From NCBI GenBank assembly GCA_026396805.1, contig JAPLVZ010000009.1, positions 4,058-68,057 of the forward strand: 64,000 bases of DNA. The letters are read 5' to 3'. The notes beneath the pieces were generated by a model, which saw nothing but the letters and a program-made list of their open reading frames with translations, ran no database searches and was not told the DNA's origin. This stretch comes from Candidatus Falkowbacteria bacterium (GTDB taxonomy: Bacteria; Patescibacteriota; Patescibacteriia; Patescibacteriales; UBA12465). Positions 51,191-61,339 of the stretch are shown here, piece by piece (within the stretch, counting starts at the first letter, position 1; the number at the start of each line of letters is the position of its first letter). Both the position numbers and the translations under genes were made by a program.

Positions 51191-51217
51191 CTTAATAATT
51201 AATTTAATTTTCATTAT

Positions 51218-52603
51218 ATGTCGGAAATAAGCAGTGCCATTAAGCAGTTATGCGAAGAAAAAAATCTGGATTATAAGGCGGTCATTTCCGCCGTGGAATT
51301 AGCTTTAGCGGCCGCCTACCGCAAGGATTACGGGGAGCGCAATCAGAATATCCACGTTAAATTCGATCCTAATACCGGCAATTCGGAGATTTTTGATTTG
51401 AAAACGGTCGTGGAAAATTTGCCGGAAGCCGAAGAAGCGGAAATGCTCCATAATCTCTATAATCCTAATCTGAAGGAATTAAGTAAAGAGGAATTCCGAA
51501 ACGAATTTAAAAATGATTTCAGGAATGAAACCAGAAAAGAAGAAGTCTTGGTCGAAGACGGCAAGAAAAAATTCAATCCGAAGACCGATATCCAAATCAA
51601 GGAAGCGATGATCTTAAAACATGACGCCAAAGTCGGCGATGAAATTATGACCGATCTGCCGGCTCCGGAAAGTTATGGCCGGATGGCCGCGCAGACCGCG
51701 AAACAGGTTATCATCCAAAAATTCCGGGAAATGGAACGAGATATGATTTTCAGCGAGTTCAAAGGCAAGGAGAGAGAAGTTGTTTCCGGCATTGTTCAAA
51801 GACGCGAAGGCCGTTTTGTTTTTGTCGATCTCGGCAAAGCCATCGGCGTCTTACCGGCCGAAGAACAGATTTACGGTGAGCGCTATAATCCCAGCGATCG
51901 CATTAAAGTGTTTATTAGAGAAGTGCGCGAAGGCCACAAGGGTCCGGAAATAATCCTTTCCCGACGCTCCGAAGAAATTTTGCGTAAGGTTTTCTATTTG
52001 GAAATTCCGGAAGTGGCTAACGGTTTGGTGGAAATAAAATCCGTCGCGCGTGAAGCCGGTTCTCGTTCTAAAGTCGCCATTTGGACTGACGCGGAAAATG
52101 TTGACCCGATCGGGTCTTGCGTCGGCCAGCGCGGTTCCAGGGTTCAGACTATTATCAGCGAATTGGGCGGAGAAAAGATTGATATTATTGAATATAACGA
52201 AGACGACGCCAAATTCATCGCTAACGCGCTCGCTCCGGCCAAGGTCATTTCGATTGATTTGGTGGAGTCTGAGCATAAAGCGATTGTTAAAGTCAGTCCC
52301 GATAAATTGTCGTTGGCAATCGGTAAGGCCGGGCAGAATGTCCGTTTGGCGGCGCGCTTAACCGGTTGGAAGATAGATATTATTGAAGCCACCGAAGACG
52401 GCGACAAGAAAGTTTTGGGCGTTGATGAAAACAGTGAAGAGTTGGGCGGGGAAAATGAGATTATCAAAGTAGCGGAAGCGAGTGAAACGGAAGTGGTTAA
52501 AGAAACGGCCGGAGAAGTTAAAGCCAAAGTTGTGGAAGGAACTGCCATCGAGGCCGCTCCGAAAACGAAGTCTAAAAAAGTCAAAAAGGTCAAAAAAGAA
52601 TAA
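51218..52603 (+). CDS. nusA: Transcription termination factor NusA
   Basis: GRMAAQTAKQ, AREAGSRSKVA, SLAIGKAGQNVRLAARLTGWKIDI. Confidence 0.98.
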   Translation: MSEISSAIKQLCEEKNLDYKAVISAVELALAAAYRKDYGERNQNIHVKFDPNTGNSEIFDLKTVVENLPEAEEAEMLHNLYNPNLKELSKEEFRNEFKNDFRNETRKEEVLVEDGKKKFNPKTDIQIKEAMILKHDAKVGDEIMTDLPAPESYGRMAAQTAKQVIIQKFREMERDMIFSEFKGKEREVVSGIVQRREGRFVFVDLGKAIGVLPAEEQIYGERYNPSDRIKVFIREVREGHKGPEIILSRRSEEILRKVFYLEIPEVANGLVEIKSVAREAGSRSKVAIWTDAENVDPIGSCVGQRGSRVQTIISELGGEKIDIIEYNEDDAKFIANALAPAKVISIDLVESEHKAIVKVSPDKLSLAIGKAGQNVRLAARLTGWKIDIIEATEDGDKKVLGVDENSEELGGENEIIKVAEASETEVVKETAGEVKAKVVEGTAIEAAPKTKSKKVKKVKKE

Positions 52604-52630
52604 TAATAAAAAATAAATAAAACCTAATTT

Positions 52631-54640
52631 ATGTTAACAAACTTATTTATTCTCGGGAGCGCTCTGGTCGCTCTCATCTATGGCGGAGTGGTTATCGTTT
52701 CTATCCTGCATAAGCCCGAAGGAAACGACAAAATGAAAGAAATCGCGGCCGCTATTCAAGCCGGCGCTAAAGCTTTTTTAAATCGTCAGTATCGCGCGGT
52801 GGCGCTCGTGGCGGCCGTCTTATTTTTACTCATCGGTTTTGTTCCGGCTTTAGGCTGGCTCACCGCTCTGGCGTTTTTAGCGGGCGCGGTTTTGTCGGCT
52901 TTGACCGGTTATATCGGCATGTATGTCAGCGTTCGCGCTAACGTCCGGACGACGGAAGCGGCTCGCGGCGGTTTAGCCAAAGCCTTAAACGTCGCCGTTT
53001 ATGGCGGCAGTGTTACCGGGATGCTCGTTGTCGGATTGGCTTTGCTGGGCACGGCCGGTTTTTATTTTTTAACTCACGATTTGCACGCTTTAATCGGTTT
53101 CGCTTTCGGCGGATCGCTCATTTCTATTTTTGCCCGTTTAGGCGGCGGTATTTATACTAAGGCCGCGGACGTGGGCGCCGACTTAGTCGGGAAAGTTGAA
53201 GCTAATATTCCGGAAGACGATCCTCGCAATCCCGCGGTTATCGCCGACAACGTCGGTGATAATGTCGGCGATTGCGCGGGCATGGCGGCTGATTTATTCG
53301 AGACTTACGCGGTCACTTCAATCGCGGCCATGATTTTAGGCAGTTTGCTTTTTGCCGGCCGCGACAACATCATTTTATATCCGTTAGTTTTAGGCGCGGT
53401 TTCTATTATTGCTTCCATCATCGGTATTGGCTTTATCCGTTTAGGGAAAAAGAATAATATCATGCGCGCTTTGTATAAAGGCTTGATCGCGGCTGGCATT
53501 TTATCGGCCATCGCTTTTTACCCGATCACTAAATACATGATTGACGGCGCTTTAAGCCTTAATATTTATTTAGCTTCGCTTATCGGTTTGGCCGTTACCG
53601 GCTTGCTGGTAATTATCACTGAATTTTATACCTCAACCGCTTTTAGTCCGGTTAAAGGAATCGCGGAAGCTTCAAAAACCGGCAGCGGCACTAACGTCAT
53701 CGCCGGTTTGGCAGTGGCCATGAAATCCACCGCTTTACCGGTTATCGTTATTTGTTTGGCGATTCTTGGCGCTTATTCTTTGGCCGGCTTATATGGTATC
53801 GCCGTTGCGGCCATGGCCATGTTATCAATGGCGGGGATTATTGTCACCATCGACGCTTATGGGCCGATTACCGATAACGCCGGCGGTATCGCGGAAATGG
53901 CGGAATTGGGAGAGGATGTGCGAAACGTCACCGATCCGTTAGACGCGGTCGGCAATACCACTAAAGCCGTTACCAAGGGTTATGCCATCGGTTCGGCCGC
54001 TTTAGCTGCCCTAGTCTTATTCGCCGATTTCACTTATAAGATAAAAGACGGCGGCGGCAACGCCCAGTTTATGATTGACAATCCTTATGTCTTAATCGGA
54101 TTATTTATCGGCGGGTTATTGCCGTATTTATTCGGGGCCATGGCCATGAAAGCGGTCGGACGCGCGGCCGGCTCGGTCGTGGAAGACGTTCGCGCCCAGT
54201 TCCGGGAAAAGACCGGCATTATGAACGGCACGGAAAAACCGGATTACGGACGCACCGTTGATATCGTTACTAAGGCGGCCATAAAAGAAATGATCATTCC
54301 AGCCTTGATTCCGGTGGCCGCTCCGATTATTGTCGGTTTTGGTTTTAATATATTCGGCGCCGGGCGCGGTCTGGAAGCTTTAGGCGGGCTGCTCGTCGGT
54401 TCCATCGTCACCGGAATTTTTGTCGCCGTTTCGATGACATCAGGTGGCGGCGCTTGGGATAACGCCAAGAAATATATTGAAGCCGGGCATTTCGGCGGCA
54501 AGGGTTCGGACGCGCATAAGGCGGCGGTGACCGGCGACACGGTCGGCGATCCTTATAAAGATACCGCCGGACCGGCGATCAATCCGATGATTAAAGTTTT
54601 AAATATTGTGGCCTTACTGATTGTGGGGTTATTGCTCTAA
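52631..54640 (+). CDS. hppA: Membrane-bound H+-pyrophosphatase, probably K+-independent
   Basis: [26 protein letters not shown] has Lys at the Ala/Lys K+-dependence position. Confidence 0.95.
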   Translation: MLTNLFILGSALVALIYGGVVIVSILHKPEGNDKMKEIAAAIQAGAKAFLNRQYRAVALVAAVLFLLIGFVPALGWLTALAFLAGAVLSALTGYIGMYVSVRANVRTTEAARGGLAKALNVAVYGGSVTGMLVVGLALLGTAGFYFLTHDLHALIGFAFGGSLISIFARLGGGIYTKAADVGADLVGKVEANIPEDDPRNPAVIADNVGDNVGDCAGMAADLFETYAVTSIAAMILGSLLFAGRDNIILYPLVLGAVSIIASIIGIGFIRLGKKNNIMRALYKGLIAAGILSAIAFYPITKYMIDGALSLNIYLASLIGLAVTGLLVIITEFYTSTAFSPVKGIAEASKTGSGTNVIAGLAVAMKSTALPVIVICLAILGAYSLAGLYGIAVAAMAMLSMAGIIVTIDAYGPITDNAGGIAEMAELGEDVRNVTDPLDAVGNTTKAVTKGYAIGSAALAALVLFADFTYKIKDGGGNAQFMIDNPYVLIGLFIGGLLPYLFGAMAMKAVGRAAGSVVEDVRAQFREKTGIMNGTEKPDYGRTVDIVTKAAIKEMIIPALIPVAAPIIVGFGFNIFGAGRGLEALGGLLVGSIVTGIFVAVSMTSGGGAWDNAKKYIEAGHFGGKGSDAHKAAVTGDTVGDPYKDTAGPAINPMIKVLNIVALLIVGLLL

Positions 54641-54678
54641 ACGGGTTGTTACTCCGCTTCTACTAAATTAAAATATTT

Positions 54679-55980
54679 ATGCAAGTTATTAAAAAAGATT
54701 TACCCAAATCACAGATTGAATTGACCGTGGAGCTGTCCAACGAAGAGTTCGCTCCTTATATTGAGAAAGGAGCGGAAAAGGTTTCTAAAGAAGTCAAAAT
54801 CGAAGGCTTCCGGCCGGGCAAAGTTCCGCTTAACGTCTTAAAGCAGAAGATTGGCGAGATGACTATCTTAGAAGAAGCCGCTAATTTGGCCATTCGTAAG
54901 ACTATCGACGAAGTAGTTGAGAAAAATACTATGGGTCGTCAGGCTGTCGGCCAGCCGCAAGTAAACGTCACTAAGCTCGCGCCGAATAATCCTTTGGAAT
55001 ATAAAGTTATTGTTTCTATTCTCCCGGAAATTGCTTTAGGAAAATATAAGGATTTAAATATCAAGCCGGAAGAGGCCAAGGTAGAGGGCAAAGAATTAGA
55101 GCGAGCCATGAATGATCTAAGGGAAATGCGCGCGAGCGAAGTTATTGTCGACCGGGAAGTGAAAATGAGCGATAAGGCGGTAGTGGATATCAAGATGTTT
55201 TTAGATAAAGTACCGCTCGAGGATGGCGAACATAAAGAATTAGGATTATTACTCGGCAAAGATTATTTCGTGCCTGGTTTTGACAAAAAGCTCGTCGGCG
55301 CGAAGAAAGGCGAGAAGCGAAAATTTGAGCTTCCTTATCCCGACAATCATCATCAGAAAAATCTCGCCGGCAAGATGGTTGAGTTTGAGGTTACCGTTAA
55401 GGAGGTTTATGATCGTATCCTGCCGGAATTAAACGATGAATTTGCCACTTTTTTTCAGCTTAAGGATCTGGAAGAATTAAAGAAAAATTTGGAAGCCAGC
55501 TTGCTTCAAGAGAAGAAACATCGGGCGGATTTAAAAAATGAATCAGAGCTGCTCTCTAAAATAGTCGCCGACGCCAAATTTGGAGAATTCCCGGAAGAAA
55601 TAATCCAGAACGAACTCAAGAATATGCTGGCCGAACTGGAGCAGAGCGTCGTCCGCCAGGGCGGGAAGTTTGAAGATTATTTGTCCAGTCTCAAGAAAGA
55701 TCGGGCGGCCCTAATGTTAGAAATGGCGCCTAACGCCGTTAAGCGCATCAAATCAGCGCTCATTATTCGCGAACTGGCTGTTATTGAAAAGATCGCGCCG
55801 ACCGAACATGAAATCCATGAAAAGATTGACGAGCTCAAAAAGCAATATGCGAGCAATAAGGAAGTTATGAAAATGTTGGAGGAGCCGGGTTACTATACTT
55901 ATTTAGCTAATATCTTGACTAATGAAAAAGTAATCGCGAAATTAAAAGAATGGAACTATGCCAAGCCTGGCGCAAAATAA
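54679..55980 (+). CDS. tig: Trigger factor
   Basis: GFRPGKVP ribosome-binding loop; FKBP-like middle domain. Confidence 0.96.
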   Translation: MQVIKKDLPKSQIELTVELSNEEFAPYIEKGAEKVSKEVKIEGFRPGKVPLNVLKQKIGEMTILEEAANLAIRKTIDEVVEKNTMGRQAVGQPQVNVTKLAPNNPLEYKVIVSILPEIALGKYKDLNIKPEEAKVEGKELERAMNDLREMRASEVIVDREVKMSDKAVVDIKMFLDKVPLEDGEHKELGLLLGKDYFVPGFDKKLVGAKKGEKRKFELPYPDNHHQKNLAGKMVEFEVTVKEVYDRILPELNDEFATFFQLKDLEELKKNLEASLLQEKKHRADLKNESELLSKIVADAKFGEFPEEIIQNELKNMLAELEQSVVRQGGKFEDYLSSLKKDRAALMLEMAPNAVKRIKSALIIRELAVIEKIAPTEHEIHEKIDELKKQYASNKEVMKMLEEPGYYTYLANILTNEKVIAKLKEWNYAKPGAK

Positions 55981-56416
55981 AAAAGCCCGATTTGATTATG
56001 AGATACTGGATAAATATGAAGCCGGTCTAGTTCTCTATGGCCACGAAGTCAAAGCGGTGCGCGCCGGTCAGGTCAGTCTGAAGGGCAGTTATATCTCCGT
56101 TCGGACTAAAAACGGGAAAACCGAACTCTATCTTATCAGCGCCATGATTTTCCCTTATAAGTCTGCCGGACCGATGCCGAACTATAATCAGACGCGGGAA
56201 CGCAAATTACTTTTGAAAAAAGGGGAAATTAGTCAATTATTAGGCAAGAAACAGACCGAGGGCTTGACACTCGTCCCCCTCAAAATATATACTAATCATA
56301 GTTTTCTGAAGCTTGAATTCGCCGTCGCCAAAGGCAAGAAGAAATATGATAAGCGCGAGGCGATTAAGAAGCGAGAAGTAGACAGAAATCTAAGGTCATT
56401 AACAAAAAGGCGCTAG
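55958..56416 (+). CDS. smpB: SsrA-binding protein
   Basis: NKKARFDY, EAGLVL.G.EVK, RKLLL, GKKKYDKRE. Confidence 0.98.
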   Translation: MPSLAQNKKARFDYEILDKYEAGLVLYGHEVKAVRAGQVSLKGSYISVRTKNGKTELYLISAMIFPYKSAGPMPNYNQTRERKLLLKKGEISQLLGKKQTEGLTLVPLKIYTNHSFLKLEFAVAKGKKKYDKREAIKKREVDRNLRSLTKRR

Positions 56417-56434
56417 CGCCTTTACAGTGATTAA

Positions 56435-56818
56435 GGGGATGCAAGGCCTCGACAGCCGGCCTTTTTCTAAATATTCAAAACGCGCTTAGTTATCCGCGTT
56501 AAACTGACTAAAAAACATAATTGCCAAAACGGCAAGAGCATTCACTTGGGCTTGCCCGAGCTATGCTCCAGTTATGGCCTAATTAATAAAGCCATAGCCA
56601 TCGGACACGGCCAGTCTTCATAACCGTTTTTCCGGTGTCATTAACATGAAGATAGATACTATCCGCTCTTTCCGGAAAGATATCGAAACAACAGAAAGAT
56701 CGTTCCAATCGCTTTTGTTCGGTTTCTGATGATTGGGATTAAACAACAAAATCGATCTATTTTTGTAAATGTATTTAGATAAACCGACTGGACATGGGTT
56801 CAACTCCCATCATCTCCA
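56435..56818 (+). ncRNA. ssrA: tmRNA
   Basis: Acceptor GGGGATG/CATCTCC+A with G3:U; T-arm GGGTTCAACTCCC; tag ORF 56523-56582; directly after smpB. Confidence 0.92.
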
Positions 56819-56832
56819 CATTAGTTAGCAGC

Positions 56833-56914
56833 GGTCCAGTGGTGGAACTGGTATACACGCAGCACTTAAAATGCTGTGCCGTAAGGTATGTGGGTTCGAT
56901 TCCCACCTGGACCA
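56833..56914 (+). tRNA. tRNA-Leu(UAA)
   Basis: Acceptor GGTCCAG/CTGGACC+A; anticodon arm CAGCA-CTTAAAA-TGCTG; long variable arm. Confidence 0.94.
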
Positions 56915-56927
56915 CGTAGTTTAAATT

Positions 56928-57002
56928 GCGGGTATAGTATAGTGGTTATTATACGTGCTTGCCAAGCACGATAGACGGGTTCGATTCCCGTTACCCGCTC
57001 CA
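56928..57002 (+). tRNA. tRNA-Gly(GCC), CCA encoded
   Basis: Acceptor GCGGGTA/TACCCGC+TCCA; anticodon arm CGTGC-TTGCCAA-GCACG. Confidence 0.95.
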
Positions 57003-57038
57003 AACGAGAAACACCATTTTATTGGTGTTTTTTGTTGT
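56997..57038 (+). repeat. Left-end repeat copy 1 (tRNA 3' end + terminator)
   Basis: 41/42 identical to 58879-58920. Confidence 0.9.
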
Positions 57039-57174
57039 TTGTTTACCGATTATGGCTTAGGCCTAACAGGGATTGAAAAATATTAAAATTATTGACACTT
57101 ACGATTAGGTTGTGCTATATTCTTTTATTACCTTAAAAATAGAATAATCACTAAAATTTATAGGAGGATTAAAC

Positions 57175-57957
57175 ATGAACTTAACATTAGACGAGCTTAA
57201 ACCATATTTTGGCGGATGGTTAGAGATCAAGAAAACAAATGCATGTCATTTTCAAGGAGGAATCAGGACCCTAACTATCACCGACGGTAATATCTTAAAA
57301 ATTGAGTTTGTTTGGAAGATGCAATTTGAGGGATGGCCGAGTAAAAACCCCAGATGGATCCATGTTCCAGAATTTACGGAATATAATATCAATCTTGAGG
57401 ATTGCAGTGTTCCTAGTTGGGAAACGGTTAAAGAAAAAACAATTCTTCTTTACTTTGCTTCTGCCGATGGAAAAATAATATTTCATATGGCTAATGACAT
57501 GAATCCCATCAAAACGCTGGATACTGAAGGCTGCCCCGTGTTGCTTAGACTGGAACTACAAAAAATGAAAGAGCAGTTTCTTTCGGTAATGGATCTAAGC
57601 AAGATATCAAGAGTTAATTTCGATTTAGCACTAATCCCCATTAAGGAGGGCTGCAGATTTATGCGAATTGATTTAAAATGGCAAGGCGCCATAAAGTCTT
57701 TCATAAGGATTCAGAAAAATGCCGAAGACAACCATGCTCGTATTTATTATGGTCTTCTTCACGAAATTGCCGGACAGTTTTCGTTAACGCACTATGACAT
57801 AGAACACTTAATGTCTGATAGGGGCGGAGGATTTCTACGGCGCTTAGAAGAAAACAATATAGAAGTTTGGGGATCAAGTTCATATTTTCCTGGAGAACCG
57901 AACCATGAACTAACCAGAAGTATTTTAAGGGAAGAATTGTTTTGTCAGGTTAGTTGA
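57175..57957 (+). CDS. Hypothetical protein with a C-terminal Janus/Ocnus (PHPT1)-like domain
   Basis: AGGAGG RBS; motifs NHARIY, GGG, IEVWGSS, NHELT...L resemble PHPT1 by eye. Confidence 0.6.
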   Translation: MNLTLDELKPYFGGWLEIKKTNACHFQGGIRTLTITDGNILKIEFVWKMQFEGWPSKNPRWIHVPEFTEYNINLEDCSVPSWETVKEKTILLYFASADGKIIFHMANDMNPIKTLDTEGCPVLLRLELQKMKEQFLSVMDLSKISRVNFDLALIPIKEGCRFMRIDLKWQGAIKSFIRIQKNAEDNHARIYYGLLHEIAGQFSLTHYDIEHLMSDRGGGFLRRLEENNIEVWGSSSYFPGEPNHELTRSILREELFCQVS

Positions 57958-58049
57958 TAAGAGTTTGGACAATCAAAACAATGAATGATTGATTGATTGA
58001 GAATAGTAAGGCTGGGTGTAATAATATCCCAGCTTTTTTATTTTCCTAA

Positions 58050-58077
58050 ATTTATAACCAAACTGCAAAAGGAGCTC
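58050..58077 (+). repeat. 28-bp right-end motif copy A
   Basis: ATTTATAACCAAACTGCAAAAGGAGCTC, identical to 58855-58882. Confidence 0.9.
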
Positions 58078-58159
58078 ACAAACAAAGCAGTCCAAAAGGG
58101 CTGTTTTTGTGTTATAATATGTATAATATCAATATCTCGCCATAATAAATCACAAATCT

Positions 58160-58801
58160 ATGCCCTCTACAAAAATCTTTCTCACCTCTTCCGTCAATCT
58201 CGTCGCGAAAGATATCGCCCAAAAGATTGGCGGCGCCAAGAACAAAAAACTTCTTTATATCTATACCGCTTGCGAAAAGAAGCTTGGCGAGCCTTGGCAA
58301 ATAGCCGATAGAAACGCTCTCGTTGAAGCCGGTTTCAAAGTTATTGATTATACAATAACCGGTAAAACTAAAGAAGCTATAAAAAAAGACATTCAAAAAA
58401 TAGATGTCATATATTTTAGCGGCGGGAACACCTTTTATCTTCTTCAGCAAATTCAACTCACCAAATCCGCTCCTATATTTCGCGAGGTTGTAAAAAATGG
58501 CAAGATTTATATTGGCACCAGCGCCGGTTCTATTGTGGCTGGCCCGGATATTTATCCAACTTACAAATTAGACAACGCGAAGCAAGCACCAAAGTTAAAA
58601 GGTTATAAAGGTTTGGGTCTAGTGGATTTTGTTGTCTTGCCCCATTGGGGCAGCCAACATTTTAAAAAACGTTACCTTAAGCAAAGATTAGCCCATAACT
58701 ATAACACCAAGCATAAGTTAGTTATTTTAAACGACTATCAATATCTGCAGATAGAAGACGGGTGGTATCGAATGGTTGAGATTAAACATAAAACTAGTTA
58801 A
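58160..58801 (+). CDS. Peptidase S51 / dipeptidase E family
   Basis: YFSGGNTFYLL, YIGTSAGS, GLGLVDF..LPH. Confidence 0.9.
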   Translation: MPSTKIFLTSSVNLVAKDIAQKIGGAKNKKLLYIYTACEKKLGEPWQIADRNALVEAGFKVIDYTITGKTKEAIKKDIQKIDVIYFSGGNTFYLLQQIQLTKSAPIFREVVKNGKIYIGTSAGSIVAGPDIYPTYKLDNAKQAPKLKGYKGLGLVDFVVLPHWGSQHFKKRYLKQRLAHNYNTKHKLVILNDYQYLQIEDGWYRMVEIKHKTS

Positions 58802-58854
58802 TTAATTGTTAGTTTATATACGAGAAAGATCTCTCAACTCTACATTAATTTTAG

Positions 58855-58920
58855 ATTTATAACCAAACTGCAAAAGGAGCTCCAAACGAGAAACGCCATT
58901 TTATTGGTGTTTTTTGTTGT
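58855..58920 (+). repeat. Right-end motif copy B fused to left-end repeat copy 2 (attP-like junction)
   Basis: The 28-bp motif overlaps, at GCTC, a 42-bp copy of the tRNA-Gly 3' end and terminator. Confidence 0.88.
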
Positions 58921-59040
58921 CGATTTAGCTATTTTAGGTTAGGGATAACGGGGATTGAAAAGTATTGACTAAAACAAAATATTATTGTAATATTTAATGT
59001 CCTTAATTAATGTATCATTAACAACAAAAATACACAGAAA

Positions 59041-59352
59041 ATGGAAACAGTTACAGAATTTACCGTAATGGGTGAGAAACAAAAAGTCAAAGTTCTTTTT
59101 GAGAGTGTTTTTCAAATGAAATATTTCATTCGATTCACTCGAAACATTATTATTAGTATCGCCGAAGGCAATAATAGTCGGACAACCGGCGATATATTTT
59201 TCTGGAAAAAGGGAAATGATGAAGTTTATAAATCTATTGGTTACATGGACCTCGCTGAAAGAGATACAAATGATACTCTTTGGAGAGTCCAACCGAAAAG
59301 AACATCCTGTGTTGAGCTCGGGAAAAGGATAGTTATGTTTCTGACCGATTAA
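59041..59352 (+). CDS. Hypothetical protein
   Basis: ATG-started ORF between a promoter (TTGACT at ~58965) and a terminator (59378-59404). Confidence 0.65.
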   Translation: METVTEFTVMGEKQKVKVLFESVFQMKYFIRFTRNIIISIAEGNNSRTTGDIFFWKKGNDEVYKSIGYMDLAERDTNDTLWRVQPKRTSCVELGKRIVMFLTD

Positions 59353-59414
59353 ACTGATTTCTCAGAAAAACCGGACTAAGGCTGAATTTGTGTCAGCCTT
59401 TTTTATATCCTCAA

Positions 59415-59442
59415 ATTTATAACAAAACCGCAAAATGAACCC
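59415..59442 (+). repeat. Right-end motif copy C
   Basis: ATTTATAACAAAACCGCAAAATGAACCC, 23/28 identical to copy A. Confidence 0.75.
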
Positions 59443-59559
59443 GGACGTAAAATAAACGAAAAACAGACCTGGTTCCGGTCTGTTTTTGCTGTCCAGATAA
59501 ATATTCTTTTTGCGGGGCCTATAAGTTATTGATATCGGGCGACAGAATAAAGCTTTTAT

Positions 59560-61290
59560 TTATTGAAATTTAATATAATTATGCCGCGGGCAAACGATAA
59601 CTTTATCCCCATCTTTAAAAATTTTAGTGGCGTATTTGGTGGCGATTAAGCAAGGAATATTAAGCTCTCGAGAAACAATGGCCGCGTGGCAGGTGATACC
59701 GCCATGGTCGGTGACGATGGCGGCGGCTTTTTTCATGGCCGCCAGAATATCCGGGGTGGTGGCGACAGAAATCAAAACATCTCCTTCCCGCATTTTATTC
59801 ATATCCGCCGTTGAATTGATTATTTTTACTTCTCCATAAATCCAATTGCCGGTTTTCCCCAAGCAAGCGGCCGTCCCTTCCAATAATTTTAGATTTTGGC
59901 CGTCTTGGATGGCCTTTTCCGGTTCGATATTTTTTTGCAAGTACTTGTCCGCCGCCGCGCCGTATAAGAATTTTTTGTCTTGATAAGGATAAACGCAATA
60001 ATTGCTTCTTTCCTGCAGTTCTTGGCGGGAAACGGTTAAGCGGCCACGCAATAAATCTTTGGATTCTTCCCGGGTCAGATTAAATAGGTCTTCTTTTTTA
60101 TAATCCGGCGCCAATTTGGCAAAAATCTGATACATCAGATAGAAGATCAGGAAGGCGGTATCTTTGCGGTGTATCTTTAAATAGGAAAGCAGGCCTAAGG
60201 CGTTAATGAAGTTTTGATGCCGGAGGTCAATCTTTAATTGACGATAAATTTCTTGCTTGCTGGCTTGGACTTCTTTTTCATTATTAAGCAAGCTGTTTTT
60301 TTCTTTTTCCAGCTCCGTCCTATTTTTTGCCCGGAGCTCCTTAAAAATTTGTTGAAAATATCCTAATTCAAAACCCGGACCGACATAACCATAATTAAGC
60401 CAGCGCCAACGGGAATAAATATCCTTTAATTCTTGTAGGCAGGGGCTATTTTGGCTCTTTAAGGCTAATTCTAATAATTCCAGTCTTAGTATCTGGGTAT
60501 AAGTTAATTTTTCCGGAGCCAATAGCCGTTCCATGACATAACCTAAGTTCAATTTGGTCGGTTTGATTTTATTGACCAAATATTTTTTTAAATAATTGGA
60601 GAAGAGCTGATCTTTCAGATCGAAGATAGCGATAGTGTTCAGACCGATTTGAATAGAAATAATTTCCAAAAATTTATCGAAGAGCCGCAGCGCTTTATTT
60701 TTAGAAATTTGGAAATTATTTTGATAGAGTTCCTGAAAGATTTTTTTAGCCTCTTCGCCGACCGCGATACTTTCCGGATAAATGATTTTAAAAACGAAAG
60801 TCGGATTTTTCAGCAGTTTTTTTAAAGAATCCTCGGCCCCCTGTTCAATTATGTCTTTTTCGAAATAGAATTGACCATAATTTCCCCTATAAACGGCGAT
60901 AGCGTCAGACACTTTTTTAATAATTCCTTTCCGGACCCCGTAATCGGACACATAAGCAATCAACATATAGTCAAGCGATAAAAAACAAACGCCGCTCTCT
61001 TCGTTTAATAAGAAATATTTTTGTTTTTGTTCATCTCGCTCCAGAAAAATTCCCTGTAAAGATTTGAAGAAACGATAATCATTGTTCAGGGAATAGAAAT
61101 TCTGCCGATTTTTTTGTTTTTTGAAAACTATATTCAGTTTTATCAATTTATCTAATTCTCGTTGCACGTTCGCCTGATTTTTATCAGTCAATTTGATTAT
61201 TTCCGAAGTCGATAATAATTCGGTTCGATTATCGAAAAGGACGGAAAGAATATCAAACGTTATTTGAGAAGAGAATAGTTTATTAATCAT
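59560..61290 (-). CDS. Winged-HTH protein fused to a C-terminal PEP-utilising phosphohistidine swivel domain
   Basis: N-terminal SEIIKLT....ANVQRELDKL; C-terminal GDVLI...TTPD....MKKAAAIVTDHGGITCHAAIVSRELNIPC. Confidence 0.85.
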   Translation of the reverse strand: MINKLFSSQITFDILSVLFDNRTELLSTSEIIKLTDKNQANVQRELDKLIKLNIVFKKQKNRQNFYSLNNDYRFFKSLQGIFLERDEQKQKYFLLNEESGVCFLSLDYMLIAYVSDYGVRKGIIKKVSDAIAVYRGNYGQFYFEKDIIEQGAEDSLKKLLKNPTFVFKIIYPESIAVGEEAKKIFQELYQNNFQISKNKALRLFDKFLEIISIQIGLNTIAIFDLKDQLFSNYLKKYLVNKIKPTKLNLGYVMERLLAPEKLTYTQILRLELLELALKSQNSPCLQELKDIYSRWRWLNYGYVGPGFELGYFQQIFKELRAKNRTELEKEKNSLLNNEKEVQASKQEIYRQLKIDLRHQNFINALGLLSYLKIHRKDTAFLIFYLMYQIFAKLAPDYKKEDLFNLTREESKDLLRGRLTVSRQELQERSNYCVYPYQDKKFLYGAAADKYLQKNIEPEKAIQDGQNLKLLEGTAACLGKTGNWIYGEVKIINSTADMNKMREGDVLISVATTPDILAAMKKAAAIVTDHGGITCHAAIVSRELNIPCLIATKYATKIFKDGDKVIVCPRHNYIKFQ

Positions 61291-61301
61291 ATAAGGATTA
61301 T

Positions 61302-61339
61302 TATGCTAATTTAGTATAACAATATGTTATATTAGCATA
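61302..61339. promoter_or_regulatory. Palindromic operator candidate upstream of the wHTH gene
   Basis: TATGCTAA..TATAAC-AATAT-GTTATA-TTAGCATA; another TATGCTAAT at ~61428. Confidence 0.5.

Noticed and set aside
58050..58882. 28-bp motif as a XerCD dif/pdif site or integron attC
   Set aside because: The length fits dif, but there are no inverted 11-bp arms with the TTAT/ATAA core, and no RYYYAAC...GTTRRRY hairpin of attC. An atypical tyrosine-recombinase site remains possible.
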